NCBI GenBank assembly: GCA_965249275.1
Contig: CBDFLQ010000005.1
Location: forward strand, 224,001-288,000
DNA from: Dehalococcoidia bacterium
GTDB lineage: Bacteria; Chloroflexota; Dehalococcoidia; Plut-88900
Direction: 5' to 3'
DNA: 64,000 nucleotides
Positions 10,384 to 20,290 of the stretch are shown in pieces. The position numbers were made by a program, and so were the translations under genes. How positions within the stretch are numbered: the first letter of the stretch is position 1; every line of letters begins with the position of its first letter. The notes below the pieces were generated by a model. It did not search any database. It was given only the letters and a program-made list of their open reading frames with translations, and was not told where the DNA came from.

Positions 10384-11411
10384 GGGAACAGGGCAAGGGA
10401 TTCGAGTCCCATCTCCTCGGGATACCCGGCCATCACGTTCATGTTCTGGATTGCCTGACCTGCCGCGCCCTTGACCAGATTGTCGATGCAGCTGACCACC
10501 ATCACCCGCCCCGTCCGAAGGTCGAGGGTTGGATATACCAGGCAATAGTTGTTACCCCAAGTCTGCTTGGTCTGAGGTGGCGCATCCACGACCCTGACAA
10601 AAGGCTCGCCCGCGTAGAATTCTCGATATAGTCCTGTTAACTGCTCCCTGCCCTTCTCATCGACCGAAATGGAGGTGCCCGAAAGGGTGGCGTAGCAGGA
10701 GCTCAAGATTCCCCGGGTCATGGGTATCAGGTGTGGTAGGAAGGTGATCTGAGCATCGAGACTGGAGTCCAGCAGCGACACCTCCTGCACGATTTCCGGC
10801 AAGTGCCTGTGCCCGTCTATCCCGTAGGCCTTGACGTTCTCGTTCACCTCGGAAAAGTGGGTGTTCAGGCTGAGACCCCTCCCCGCCCCCGACACCCCGG
10901 ACTTGCTGTCTATGATTAAGACTGGCTGGACAAGCTTCTCCTTTATCAGCGGGGCAAGACCGAGAATCGCCGAGGTCGGGAAGCAGCCGGGGTTGGCAAC
11001 CAACCGGGCTGACTCAATCTCCGATCGATAGAGCTCGGTGAGACCGTAGACCGCCTCCTCCTGAAGCGCGGCGCTTGCGTGGGGGGTTTTGTACCACTCC
11101 TCGTACTCGGCAGGAGAGCGTAGACGGAAGTCGGCGCTAAGGTCCACGACCCGCGAGCGGTCCTCCACTAAGGGCACGACCCTTTCGCCACTGGACTTGT
11201 GGGGCAGGGCAGAGAAGACCATCTCCTCCCCATTTGGCTCGGCTTCGATAACCAGATCGATGTCGGAAAGATGGGGGAACACTTCTCCCAGCTTTTGTCC
11301 CTGGGCGCTGCGGCCCGTGATCGAGGTAAGCTCGATTTCGGGGTGGTTGTGAAGCAGCCGGGCCAGCTCGGCCCCCGCGTAGCCGGTTACGTTTAGAATT
11401 GCAGTCTTCAA
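10380..11411 (-). CDS. argC: N-acetyl-gamma-glutamyl-phosphate reductase
   Basis: TGYAGAEL, VANPGCFPT, SGVSGAG, DNLVKGAAGQAIQNMN. Confidence 0.95.
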   Translation of the reverse strand: MKTAILNVTGYAGAELARLLHNHPEIELTSITGRSAQGQKLGEVFPHLSDIDLVIEAEPNGEEMVFSALPHKSSGERVVPLVEDRSRVVDLSADFRLRSPAEYEEWYKTPHASAALQEEAVYGLTELYRSEIESARLVANPGCFPTSAILGLAPLIKEKLVQPVLIIDSKSGVSGAGRGLSLNTHFSEVNENVKAYGIDGHRHLPEIVQEVSLLDSSLDAQITFLPHLIPMTRGILSSCYATLSGTSISVDEKGREQLTGLYREFYAGEPFVRVVDAPPQTKQTWGNNYCLVYPTLDLRTGRVMVVSCIDNLVKGAAGQAIQNMNVMAGYPEEMGLESLALFP

Positions 11412-11483
11412 CTCAGCATCTCCCTAGGCTAAGGAAAGAGGCTACAGTCTGACAATATCCGGTGGGGAAATCAAGGCAGTGTA

Positions 11484-12201
11484 CTCGTTCGGTAGATTAG
11501 TGACACACTGGCCTTTTCTTCAGTTGTGGGGGTTCGGTTTCAGTTCTGTCTGTTAGGTTTTGGGTTGGCGATGAAAGACGCTTGCTGGATTCGGCTCCCT
11601 ATCTTTAGATAATGCGGGCTAGGAGGCGTCCCGGGAACGTGGGGACGGGGCTCCGCCGCCGCCTAGACCTGGAAGTATGGTCGGACATACGGGTCCGTCA
11701 TCCGTCATAGGCTCCAATGAAGGTTGGCTGCGCTGTCCGCCGTAGGCGGATGCAGGAAGGGGAAAGTCCAGGGTCAGTTCCCCTCGCAGGAGTACGGGGT
11801 ATCCAGTTCGCCGCCTGTATCCAGGAGCCGGGAGTGGCGGACAGTCCAGTTTTATTTGAGGAAGCGGACGGAGAGCCGAGCGGGCCTCGGCTACGGGCCG
11901 CCCCGTTCCGCTCCATGGGACGAGAGCTCCGAAAGGAGCCATAGGGACAATTACGGTCCAGGGCGTCTTCCATCGCCTGGGGTCAGGGAAGGGGGCGCGG
12001 GGCCCGGTAAGAGGAGATGGCGGCGTTTGCTTGAGCCGCGGGCCCCGTGTATGGGCCGTTGGGATGGGCTTGGACGTTGAGTCCTCGTTGTGGGCCGGGT
12101 GGGCTTCCCTGGGTGTTGGTTTCCTCCTTAAGGTGGGTGTCGGGTCTAGACTGGTCCAATAATAGAACATGTGTCTTATGAAGTCAAGGGGGTGATGTCA
12201 C
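11484..12201 (-). ncRNA. dispersed cassette copy A (putative SOS-regulated structured ncRNA)
   Basis: promoter TTGACT(12182-87)/TATTAT(12159-64); conserved leader; stem 11567-11581/11963-11977; tail motif CTACCGAACGAG. Confidence 0.6.
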
Positions 12202-12338
12202 CCCTCTATGTGAACGGGATCAGCTACTATCCTCACCATGACACCATCTTATGTGTCACCAATCTTTGTGAATGCCTTGACAGATATGGACTAGTGTTTT
12301 ATTCTGCGCCGCAGGATTTTTTCTAACAAGGTTAGCAC

Positions 12339-14648
12339 ATGCCTCACGTCCTGCGAGCGTCCTACACGTTTGGAATCTTCGCCATCATCGGGATTGCCCT
12401 GTTCTTTGCAGTCGGAGTCTTTGCCGACGACCATAATCCCGTGGACCTCTACCCTTCCGTTTCATGGGAGGGGGAGGAGATCACCCAGCCGGTTGTCGGG
12501 GAGTTCCTAACGGCAGCCCTGGTTGCCAAAGACCCGACCGGCATGTCCTGGCAGTGGGCCCGCTCCCAAGATGGAGAGGGCGGATGGGAGGACATTGAGG
12601 CTGCAACCTCTACGAAGTACATCCCCACCAATGATGACGTAGGGCGCTACCTCCGGGCAACAGTCTCCTATACCGATGGAGACGGCAACACCCAGAGTGC
12701 AGAGGCAAGCACCACCGATCAGGTGGTGCTAGAGAGGAGTGGTGTCCGCTGCCCATGGTGCGAACCTGAGCCGATATGGACGGCGACCTCCGTGCCCACT
12801 AATACACCCGTGCCCACTAATACACCCGTGCCCACCAGTACACCCGTGCCCACCAATACACCTTTACCCACCTCGAACCCTGACCCGTGTGACAGCACCA
12901 GGCACGCTCACGATTGCCACCCAGGGTACGAGACGCCAACACCGCAGCCGACATCCACGGCCGACCCATGTGACAGTACCAGGCACGCTCACGATTGCCA
13001 TCCAGGGTACGAGACGCCAACACCGCAGCCGACATCCACGGCCGACCCATGTGACAGCACCAGGCACGCCCACGATTGTCACCCGGACTATGAGACACCC
13101 ACTCCCACACCGACTCCCACACCCACTCCCACACCGACTCCCACACCGACTCCCACGCCTACTCCCACGATCATGCCTTGTGCAAATTGCCCCACCCCGA
13201 CCCCTATTCCGACCGCCACGCCAACGACAACCCCATCTCCAACGCCTGACCCGGACGAGGAGGAAGAGACCGACGACAGCGAGCCGACGGGCGATTGCGC
13301 CGTGGCGATAGCCGCAAGTAGGTGGAGTGACTATAACACCGCGGCCCTTGAGGATGAGTGTGGCGTCCTGCTTGCCATCAGTGATGCCTCCCGGGGGTCC
13401 TCCAGCCTCAACTGGACGGGCGACTCGTCCTTTGACAGGTGGACTGGGGTGTCGGTCAGTTTCGTGAGCGATGTGCCCCGGATAATTGGCATCTACCTGA
13501 GCAACCGGGGGCTGGAGGGACAACTGCCCTTCCAGTATGGCCAACTCCGTCAACTCACGACTCTGTATCTGGATGGCAACAACTACTCGGGGGCTGTCCC
13601 GTACGAGATCAGTTCCCTGCCCAATCTTCTCTTCCTTAACCTGGCGGGGAACGCCCTCACCGGTAACATACCGGTCCCAAGTTCACGGACCATCCAGCTC
13701 CTCATGCTTTCCAACAACCAGTTCAGCGGGTCGATCCCGGGATCCCTGGGTACGAAAGTGTCCCTGCGACTCCTCGACCTCTCGAACAACAACCTGACGG
13801 GGTCAATCCCCTCGGAGCTGACACAGTTGGCAGACACGTTGATGAGCCTGCGGATCGCCGGCAACAACTTCAGCGGGTGCGTGCCACATGCCATAGCTCT
13901 GGCCTTGGGACAGATTCGCAACCATGACCTTGGACATCTCAACATACAGGTCTGCTACGCAGACATCATCGAGTCCCCGGGGCACGCAGCAAACTGCTTT
14001 AGTCTCGTGTCTTGGTCGAGCGGCCAGGGGGTCAGTGAAACCGTAAGGCTGACCTCCCCCAGCGGGTACGACCACGAGTTCCACGTCGAATCGTATGGAT
14101 CCAACGGCGTCCTCCTAAGCCGTCAATGCCTGCAAGCCCGATTCGTGGGGGTTTCGACACCCGGGGCCCAAAGGCTTGAGTGGGGCGGGACCGTACACTA
14201 CGTCCCGCCGAGGTTCTTCACGCTGTCCCTTAGTGAAATAACGAACCTTAATGCGAGTAGTTTCCGTGCTTCTCTCAACAATGACCTGCCCGCAGGCGCT
14301 GACTCGCAGGTCCTGTCCGTCGATACCTCCTGTACCCAATGTAGAGGAGGCAATGCCCAGCCTACACTTGGTCACTGGGTTGACTTGAAGCACAATAGTT
14401 ACATGATGGCAGTGTATGGGTACTATACGTTTACAGTAGGCAACGTTAGCCAGACATTGAGGGCGTCTCACGAGTGGTCGCTGGAACCGCCCCACACCAT
14501 CCCGACCCACTGGGGCAACCCCCTGCTCACTGCCGCAGAGCAAGCTATTGCGAACCAAGCGTGGGAGCTGGCTACCTACGCAATTCATCTGGGGTTTGAT
14601 GCATTGGTCGCCGAATTGCAAGAGCAGTATGAGGACTGGATTAATTAG
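12339..14648 (+). CDS. secreted/surface protein: Ig-like N-terminus, Pro/Thr linkers, Cys/His repeats, LRR domain
   Basis: signal-like N-terminus; WQW..DVGRYLRATVSYTD; LxLxxNxLxGxIP repeats. Confidence 0.85.
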   Translation: MPHVLRASYTFGIFAIIGIALFFAVGVFADDHNPVDLYPSVSWEGEEITQPVVGEFLTAALVAKDPTGMSWQWARSQDGEGGWEDIEAATSTKYIPTNDDVGRYLRATVSYTDGDGNTQSAEASTTDQVVLERSGVRCPWCEPEPIWTATSVPTNTPVPTNTPVPTSTPVPTNTPLPTSNPDPCDSTRHAHDCHPGYETPTPQPTSTADPCDSTRHAHDCHPGYETPTPQPTSTADPCDSTRHAHDCHPDYETPTPTPTPTPTPTPTPTPTPTPTPTIMPCANCPTPTPIPTATPTTTPSPTPDPDEEEETDDSEPTGDCAVAIAASRWSDYNTAALEDECGVLLAISDASRGSSSLNWTGDSSFDRWTGVSVSFVSDVPRIIGIYLSNRGLEGQLPFQYGQLRQLTTLYLDGNNYSGAVPYEISSLPNLLFLNLAGNALTGNIPVPSSRTIQLLMLSNNQFSGSIPGSLGTKVSLRLLDLSNNNLTGSIPSELTQLADTLMSLRIAGNNFSGCVPHAIALALGQIRNHDLGHLNIQVCYADIIESPGHAANCFSLVSWSSGQGVSETVRLTSPSGYDHEFHVESYGSNGVLLSRQCLQARFVGVSTPGAQRLEWGGTVHYVPPRFFTLSLSEITNLNASSFRASLNNDLPAGADSQVLSVDTSCTQCRGGNAQPTLGHWVDLKHNSYMMAVYGYYTFTVGNVSQTLRASHEWSLEPPHTIPTHWGNPLLTAAEQAIANQAWELATYAIHLGFDALVAELQEQYEDWIN
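12882..13102 (+). repeat. 81-bp coding tandem repeat x3 (DPCDSTRHAHDCHPxYETPTP)
   Basis: units start at 12882, 12963, 13044. Confidence 0.9.
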
Positions 14649-14660
14649 AGAGAGGAACCC

Positions 14661-15338
14661 ATGAAGAAAAAAGCCCTTCTGCTTATGGCGGCATTAGCCA
14701 TGGTGGTGGTAATGTCCTGCTCTACGCGTTTGGGGGCCCAGGATCTACGGGTCCAGGCCTGTCAAAGCGCCGAGGCGCTTACGGACTTCGATGTGGAGTC
14801 AACGGTAACGAATTACGAGGACGGGAAGGTGGTCATGACAGCCACGGCTGTTCTCCAGGTCGATGCTCCTAACTGGCACAGAGTGGACTCCGACGAAGAG
14901 GGGGTTAAGCGAGGCGAGTTCCTGTTGTATGAGGGCGACCTGTACTGGCAACAAGGAGATGAGGGGTGGACAAAAGTCGGAGATGAGTCCACCCAGGAAG
15001 GCCAGGACGAACTGCGCTTCCCCATCGGCCCTACCTCGATCTGCCCAACGCTGACTGCCTTCAGCTATGACGCTGACGAGAAACTGGGCGAGGAAACGAG
15101 CAAGCGGTTCTCCGCCCCATCACTAACCGGGCAGGAGTGGGGAGATGACGCCCCGACGAACTCCCCTTACCAGGCGAACTTTATCATCTGGATAGATTTC
15201 GATGGGTACATAGTCAAGTCGCAGTGGGACTTTATTTACCCTTCCACCATGTGGGATGAGCCAACACCGGACCGCTACATCAGGGTTACCAGTGTGCATT
15301 CAGGGCACGGTGAACCCAACATCCTGCCGACGCCATAA
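14661..15338 (+). CDS. lipoprotein of unknown function
   Basis: MKKK + hydrophobic stretch + VMSC lipobox-like; GAGGA RBS. Confidence 0.75.
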   Translation: MKKKALLLMAALAMVVVMSCSTRLGAQDLRVQACQSAEALTDFDVESTVTNYEDGKVVMTATAVLQVDAPNWHRVDSDEEGVKRGEFLLYEGDLYWQQGDEGWTKVGDESTQEGQDELRFPIGPTSICPTLTAFSYDADEKLGEETSKRFSAPSLTGQEWGDDAPTNSPYQANFIIWIDFDGYIVKSQWDFIYPSTMWDEPTPDRYIRVTSVHSGHGEPNILPTP

Positions 15339-15340
15339 AG

Positions 15341-15631
15341 ATGGACAGGAAGTACATCTGGCCGTTGGTCCTGTTCGTAGCCCTACCTGCCGTAACGGCC
15401 TTGGCATTCCAAGTAATGGAGGTGGCCTTCTTTAGATCGCTGCTCAGAGATTTGCTGGGGATTCCACGATACCTTTACATTGAGTGGGTCTTTGCGCTCA
15501 TCTTCATTGCCGTCTACCTGCGTCTGATCCTGAGGCCGCCCAGCCCGATATTCCGTCCACTTGCGGGCATTGGGCTGACCCTGCTGATAATCCGCACGGC
15601 ATGGGCGGACACCCGGCCGGCCACACGATAG
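15341..15631 (+). CDS. small membrane protein (about 3 TM)
   Basis: starts 3 nt after the previous stop; three hydrophobic segments. Confidence 0.6.
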   Translation: MDRKYIWPLVLFVALPAVTALAFQVMEVAFFRSLLRDLLGIPRYLYIEWVFALIFIAVYLRLILRPPSPIFRPLAGIGLTLLIIRTAWADTRPATR

Positions 15632-15968
15632 ACTCCCGGACCCCAGTGTGGACACCGGCGCGGTCGGGGTGATCGGACTATCGTTGGAGAAGCGGGCTCC
15701 GCTCCGGGTTGCCCTAAGCGCCCTGGAAGACCGAATCGCCGAGAACCTCTCTAGGCCGAACGGCCAATAAATGTCCGCGCCCGCCCTCCGTGCCACGACA
15801 CTTCGGGCAGGGTCTTCGCGATGAAATTTCCCAGGGGGATATTGATAGTAGAATGCGACAGGCAAAGCTTTAGATTTGGGAAGGGAGGGCGCGAATATTT
15901 AACAGTTGGTTATGAAGTAACGAGGAGTCGTTAGCACTACACTGGCCTTTTGGCCGGACTATGAGGTA

Positions 15969-17420
15969 ATGAAATTGATTGATGGATCGAATCGGACTTT
16001 CCGGGGCGCCAAGAAACAAAGGATGGCCCTGGGTCTCCTAAGTATATTTCTAGTACTGGTCATGGTGGCCGCGGCCTGCGGAGAGGCGGCTACGCCAACC
16101 CCGGCGCCCCCAACGTCGGCCCCCGCTACGGCGGTTCCCGCTACCGCAGTGCCTCCCACCTCGGCGCCCGACACTTCGGAGCCCGACACTTCGGAACCGG
16201 CCACCGCAATGCCCGAGCCCGCAGCGACAACTGCGCCTGCCCCGGCAGCGACTGCCACGTCTCAGCCACCCACTGCCGTTCCCGAGCCGGAAATAACCCT
16301 CAGACCTATTTCTGAATGGACTCCGGAGAACCCAGCGACCCTGGAGGAGATAGAAGCTGAATTAGAGAAGCGCAGAGGTGAGACCTTCACCTTCGTATCT
16401 GCAGGCGGTGCATACCAGGCGGCCGAAAGGCAGGCATGGCTGGACCCGTTGCGGGAGAAGTTCGGCCTTGTGATAATCGAGGATAGTCCAGAGCCGAGCG
16501 TAGCCCAAACGCGATCTAATGCGGAGACCGGCAACATCGTGTATGACATAATACCCATGGGCGGCGCCAACGCTGCTGCCCTTCTCAAAACCGATAGCTT
16601 GGGACAGTACGATCGGGCTATCGTGGATGACAGAGATCTGCTGGACATCTTTACGGCACAGGGACCGTACCTTGCTGGCGGAGCGATCACCTGGTCTACA
16701 GTTCTTGCCTATAACACGGATGTCTACCCTGGGGATACCGGACCCAAGAGTTGGGCCGACTTCTTTGATCTGGAGCGATTCCCCGGCCGTCGCGCTCTGC
16801 GGAATGCGGTCGCCTACGGGGGACAGTTGCAGATCCAGAGACTGGCCCGAGAACCCGAGTTGCTGAGCGGCCAAGAAGGAAGGCGGTCGGTCGCTACACC
16901 TACTCAGGAGGAGATGATAGAAGACTTCGCATGGTTTGACGAATGGACCGATGAGGCAGGAAGCGACATCGTTTACTGGTCATTGGGCTCTGAGTGCCCC
17001 GAGTTTCTAATAGCCGGTGAAGTTGACATGTGCTCCGCCTGGAACGGCAGAATATTCGATGCCGCCCAGACGGGGGCGCCCATAGCGGTCTGCTGGGAGT
17101 GCGGATTCATGACGGGGATTTCCGCCTATACAGTAGCGAAGGGCCTCAAAGAGCAGGACCCGGAGCGGTACGAGCTAGTCAACTTAGTTATCGCCTGGAT
17201 CACGTTCCCCGAAAACAACGTGAGAATATCCCAGTTCATCACCTACGGTCCCGGTAACAGGAAATCATTCGCATTCATGGATGACCCGGCCTACGATCTA
17301 GTCCGGGACGAGCTGCCCACCTCGGGTTCAAACATCTCGTACGCCATACTATGGGATGAGACCTGGTTCGCAGCCAACTCGGACTGGGCCAGCGAACAGT
17401 TCGAACAAGCGATCCAATAG
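15969..17420 (+). CDS. ABC-type solute-binding lipoprotein (PotD/PotF-like)
   Basis: AAAC lipobox, P/T linker, GGAYQ, LAYNTD..PKSWADFFD..FPGRR, AWNGR. Confidence 0.85.
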   Translation: MKLIDGSNRTFRGAKKQRMALGLLSIFLVLVMVAAACGEAATPTPAPPTSAPATAVPATAVPPTSAPDTSEPDTSEPATAMPEPAATTAPAPAATATSQPPTAVPEPEITLRPISEWTPENPATLEEIEAELEKRRGETFTFVSAGGAYQAAERQAWLDPLREKFGLVIIEDSPEPSVAQTRSNAETGNIVYDIIPMGGANAAALLKTDSLGQYDRAIVDDRDLLDIFTAQGPYLAGGAITWSTVLAYNTDVYPGDTGPKSWADFFDLERFPGRRALRNAVAYGGQLQIQRLAREPELLSGQEGRRSVATPTQEEMIEDFAWFDEWTDEAGSDIVYWSLGSECPEFLIAGEVDMCSAWNGRIFDAAQTGAPIAVCWECGFMTGISAYTVAKGLKEQDPERYELVNLVIAWITFPENNVRISQFITYGPGNRKSFAFMDDPAYDLVRDELPTSGSNISYAILWDETWFAANSDWASEQFEQAIQ

Positions 17421-17492
17421 TGGGAGTGTGCCGGGGGCCAAGGACCGCGGCCTTTAGCTAACAGCATCCCGTAACGGCCTGCACATACAAAT

Positions 17493-17530
17493 GAGGCCCC
17501 CGGCCCTGAACATTCAGGGTCGGGGGCTTC
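17493..17530. terminator. long hairpin between convergent genes
   Basis: GAGGCCCCCGGCCCTGAA-CA-TTCAGGGTCGGGGGCTTC; related hairpin at 35712. Confidence 0.65.
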
Positions 17531-17655
17531 AGCTTTATCCCGGGTTGATCAAGAGTTCCCTAGAGGGGCTCTTGGACTGGTCCACTTGCGGTTGCTTTGT
17601 GGGCAACCCTCTCCCCTGGCCGGGTGAGAAGGAGCAATAAGAACAATTGGGGAGT

Positions 17656-18390
17656 CTATTTGCCTTTGCGCCGTAGCTCGCTGGAAGGGCACTGGTCCTC
17701 CAGGACACACAAGTCGCAAAGGGGCCTCTGCGCCTTACATACCTGCCTGCCGTGAGCGATGATGTAGATGTGCGCCCCGAGTACGTCATCGGGCGGGACC
17801 TTAGCCTCCAGAATGTCATGGGCGTCGTCCGCCGACACTTTGGCCCCGATCAGATTCAGCCGTTTCGCCACCCTGTGGACGTGGGTGTCGACGATCATCG
17901 CAGGCATGCCGAGGGAGAAGAGCAGAACACACCCCACCGTCTTGGGCCCGACCCCCGGCAGTTCCAGCAGCCACTTCTTCGCCTCTGCCAGCGGCATTTC
18001 GGCCAGGAAGGAGAGGTCCCAGGAGCCGTTTCGCTCAAGCACAGCAGAAAGAATTTCCTGGAGTCTCGGGGCCTTGACCTTGGCCAGCCCTCCTATCCTG
18101 ATCGAGTCGGCTAGCGCCTCGATGTCGGCATTCAGCACGTCCTCCCAGGTCGGGAAGGTCTCCGTCAGCTTGGCAAAGGCCCGGTAGGAGTTGATGTCCG
18201 AGGTGTGCTGGGAAAGTACAGTGAAAATGAGCTCCGACAACGGGTCGTAGGGGCGAGGAGCGGTAGGCGGGCCATAGACGGGGCCCAGCCTCGCCATCAG
18301 CTCTGCAATTGGGATGTGCTTTACGGTGCGGCCCCTCAAGGGGGATGGTCTGCGGCGTCGGGCCGGGGGCTTGGTCTTTGGTGTAGGCAT
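17656..18390 (-). CDS. nth: endonuclease III (HhH-GPD) family glycosylase
   Basis: LSQHTSD, LPGVGPKT, VDTHVHR, C-x6-C-x2-C-x5-C. Confidence 0.9.
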   Translation of the reverse strand: MPTPKTKPPARRRRPSPLRGRTVKHIPIAELMARLGPVYGPPTAPRPYDPLSELIFTVLSQHTSDINSYRAFAKLTETFPTWEDVLNADIEALADSIRIGGLAKVKAPRLQEILSAVLERNGSWDLSFLAEMPLAEAKKWLLELPGVGPKTVGCVLLFSLGMPAMIVDTHVHRVAKRLNLIGAKVSADDAHDILEAKVPPDDVLGAHIYIIAHGRQVCKAQRPLCDLCVLEDQCPSSELRRKGK

Positions 18391-18922
18391 ATGTCAACAA
18401 ACCTGGACTATAGTCCACTCTATTCTACCGCTTGAGCGTTGGACTATCGAAGCATTACTAAAGGGTAGGCAGTCGCGATGCAGGTCGTCAAAGCTAATGG
18501 AACCAAGCCCCCTCGGCTAGTTCAAGCTTATCGCTGACTCTGCAGCGTTCGCCTGCGACCTCCTCCCACCGTCATTCCCGACCACGATCGGGAATCCAGG
18601 GTCGGGAGTCCGCCAAAATACGAACGGACAATAGGCCAATTGTGACATGGGCCTATTGCCTCGACCCCACACCACCACCCTATAATGGCGTATGTCCTTC
18701 CTCTTCCTTATCACTGTACCCTCCACCCAAGGGAACCGCGGAAAGTTTTCCCTCATATCAATCAAACAGGCACGGTTTTTTGATAGTCTCAATCAAATGC
18801 CCTATTTATGACAAGCAACTGCTCCCGTTCATCGAACGCTTACATCCTCTGGTCTAGAAACCCCAGACCCTGTTAAACTGCCTTTCCTGTCATTTGAAGT
18901 TCGACCCTCCGGAGGGAGCCCC

Positions 18923-20290
18923 ATGCCCGACCTGCGTGACCAGATATCCGAAGCCCTGAAGGGTCACGGCGCCGACTACGTGGAGGTCCGTATAGAGGAA
19001 GGGGAGTCGACACGGCTGCTGTATAGGGGCAGAGAGCTGGAAGACGTGGGCATGACCACCAGCCTGGGAGGAAACGTCCGGGCGCTGGTGAACGGAGGAT
19101 GGGGGTTCGTCAGCTTCAACAATATCGAAGGTCTGAAAGATCGGGTGGAGAACGCGGTGCGGCAGGCAAGGCTGGTCGGGCACGAGAAGAGCGAGTTGGC
19201 AGGCGTCGACCCCATCGTTGACATCGTTGGACCACAATTGGATAAAGACCCTCGCTCCTTGACACTGGCTCAGAAGAAAGACCTGATGGACCAGTACAAC
19301 GGCATCATGTGGGAGGTTGAGGGCATACAGACAACGCTGATAGGGTACGGGGACGGCCACAAGCGGGTAGTCTTCGCCAGTTCGGAAGGTACCTACATAG
19401 AGCAGCAGAGAGTCGACGTGAGCCTGCGATTGTCGGCTACGGCACGGGACGGGGCGGAAGTGCAGCAGGCCGGCGTCAGTCTGGGCAGCAACGGTAACTT
19501 CTCCGTGGTGGAAGGACTTCACCAGCAGTCCCGTGACATAGCAGAGAAGGCAGTGAGCCTGCTATCGGCGCCCAAGGTCCGAGGCGGCGAGTACACCGTA
19601 ATCCTCGACCCCGTACTGGCTGGGGTTTTCACCCACGAGGCCTTTGGCCACCTCTCCGAGTCTGACCACGTCTACGAGAACGACCGGCTCAAAGAGGTAA
19701 TGGTCCTCGGGCGGCAGTTCGGGGGCGAACACCTGAACATAGTGGATGGGGCTGCCGTCCCGGGCCTGAGGGGCAGCTATAAGTACGATGACGAGGGCGT
19801 CCCTGCAACTCGGTCGTACCTGATCAAGGAGGGGGAACTGGTGGGTCGGCTCCACTCCCGGGAGACGGCGGGCAAGATGGGCGAGCCCCTCTCCGGCAAC
19901 GCCCGTGCCATCGACTTCAGATTCGAACCCATAGTTCGAATGACAAACACGTTCATCGAGCCCGGCTCCACAACGTTCGAAGAGATGATCTCCGACGTGA
20001 AAGAGGGCGTGTATGCCTGCGACTGGTATGGCGGCATGACCAGCATGGAGATGTTCACCTTCTCAGCCCGGGAGGCGTATATGATCCGGGATGGGAAAGT
20101 CGCCGAGCTTTTACGCCCTGTGACCCTTTCTGGCAACGTCTTCGAGACCCTTAAGAACCTGGACGCTGTAGGCAACGACTTGGACATGAACCAGGGCGGC
20201 GGCTGTGGAAAGGGCGGGCAATCACCGTTGCCGGTGTCGAACGGCAGCCCACACATACGAATAGCAAAATGCCTGGTTGGAGGCGCGTAG
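18923..20290 (+). CDS. tldD: TldD metalloprotease
   Basis: HEAFGHLSE, DDEG, RMTNT, GCGK. Confidence 0.92.
   Translation: MPDLRDQISEALKGHGADYVEVRIEEGESTRLLYRGRELEDVGMTTSLGGNVRALVNGGWGFVSFNNIEGLKDRVENAVRQARLVGHEKSELAGVDPIVDIVGPQLDKDPRSLTLAQKKDLMDQYNGIMWEVEGIQTTLIGYGDGHKRVVFASSEGTYIEQQRVDVSLRLSATARDGAEVQQAGVSLGSNGNFSVVEGLHQQSRDIAEKAVSLLSAPKVRGGEYTVILDPVLAGVFTHEAFGHLSESDHVYENDRLKEVMVLGRQFGGEHLNIVDGAAVPGLRGSYKYDDEGVPATRSYLIKEGELVGRLHSRETAGKMGEPLSGNARAIDFRFEPIVRMTNTFIEPGSTTFEEMISDVKEGVYACDWYGGMTSMEMFTFSAREAYMIRDGKVAELLRPVTLSGNVFETLKNLDAVGNDLDMNQGGGCGKGGQSPLPVSNGSPHIRIAKCLVGGA

Noticed and set aside
11619-12170. ORFs over the cassettes (also 26248..26577, 51887..52192, 63002..63472, 63355..63828) as real genes
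   Set aside because: Start, frame and length are not conserved between homologous copies; the products are Pro/Arg-rich shadow-type sequences
11484-12201. Cassettes as retron, DGR, group II intron or IS
   Set aside because: No RT (YADD-type), transposase, domain V motif or adenine-biased TR/VR pair is seen; flanking inverted repeats alone are not enough
18404-18417. Palindrome TGGACTATAGTCCA upstream of nth
   Set aside because: Single occurrence, not LexA-like; no function can be assigned
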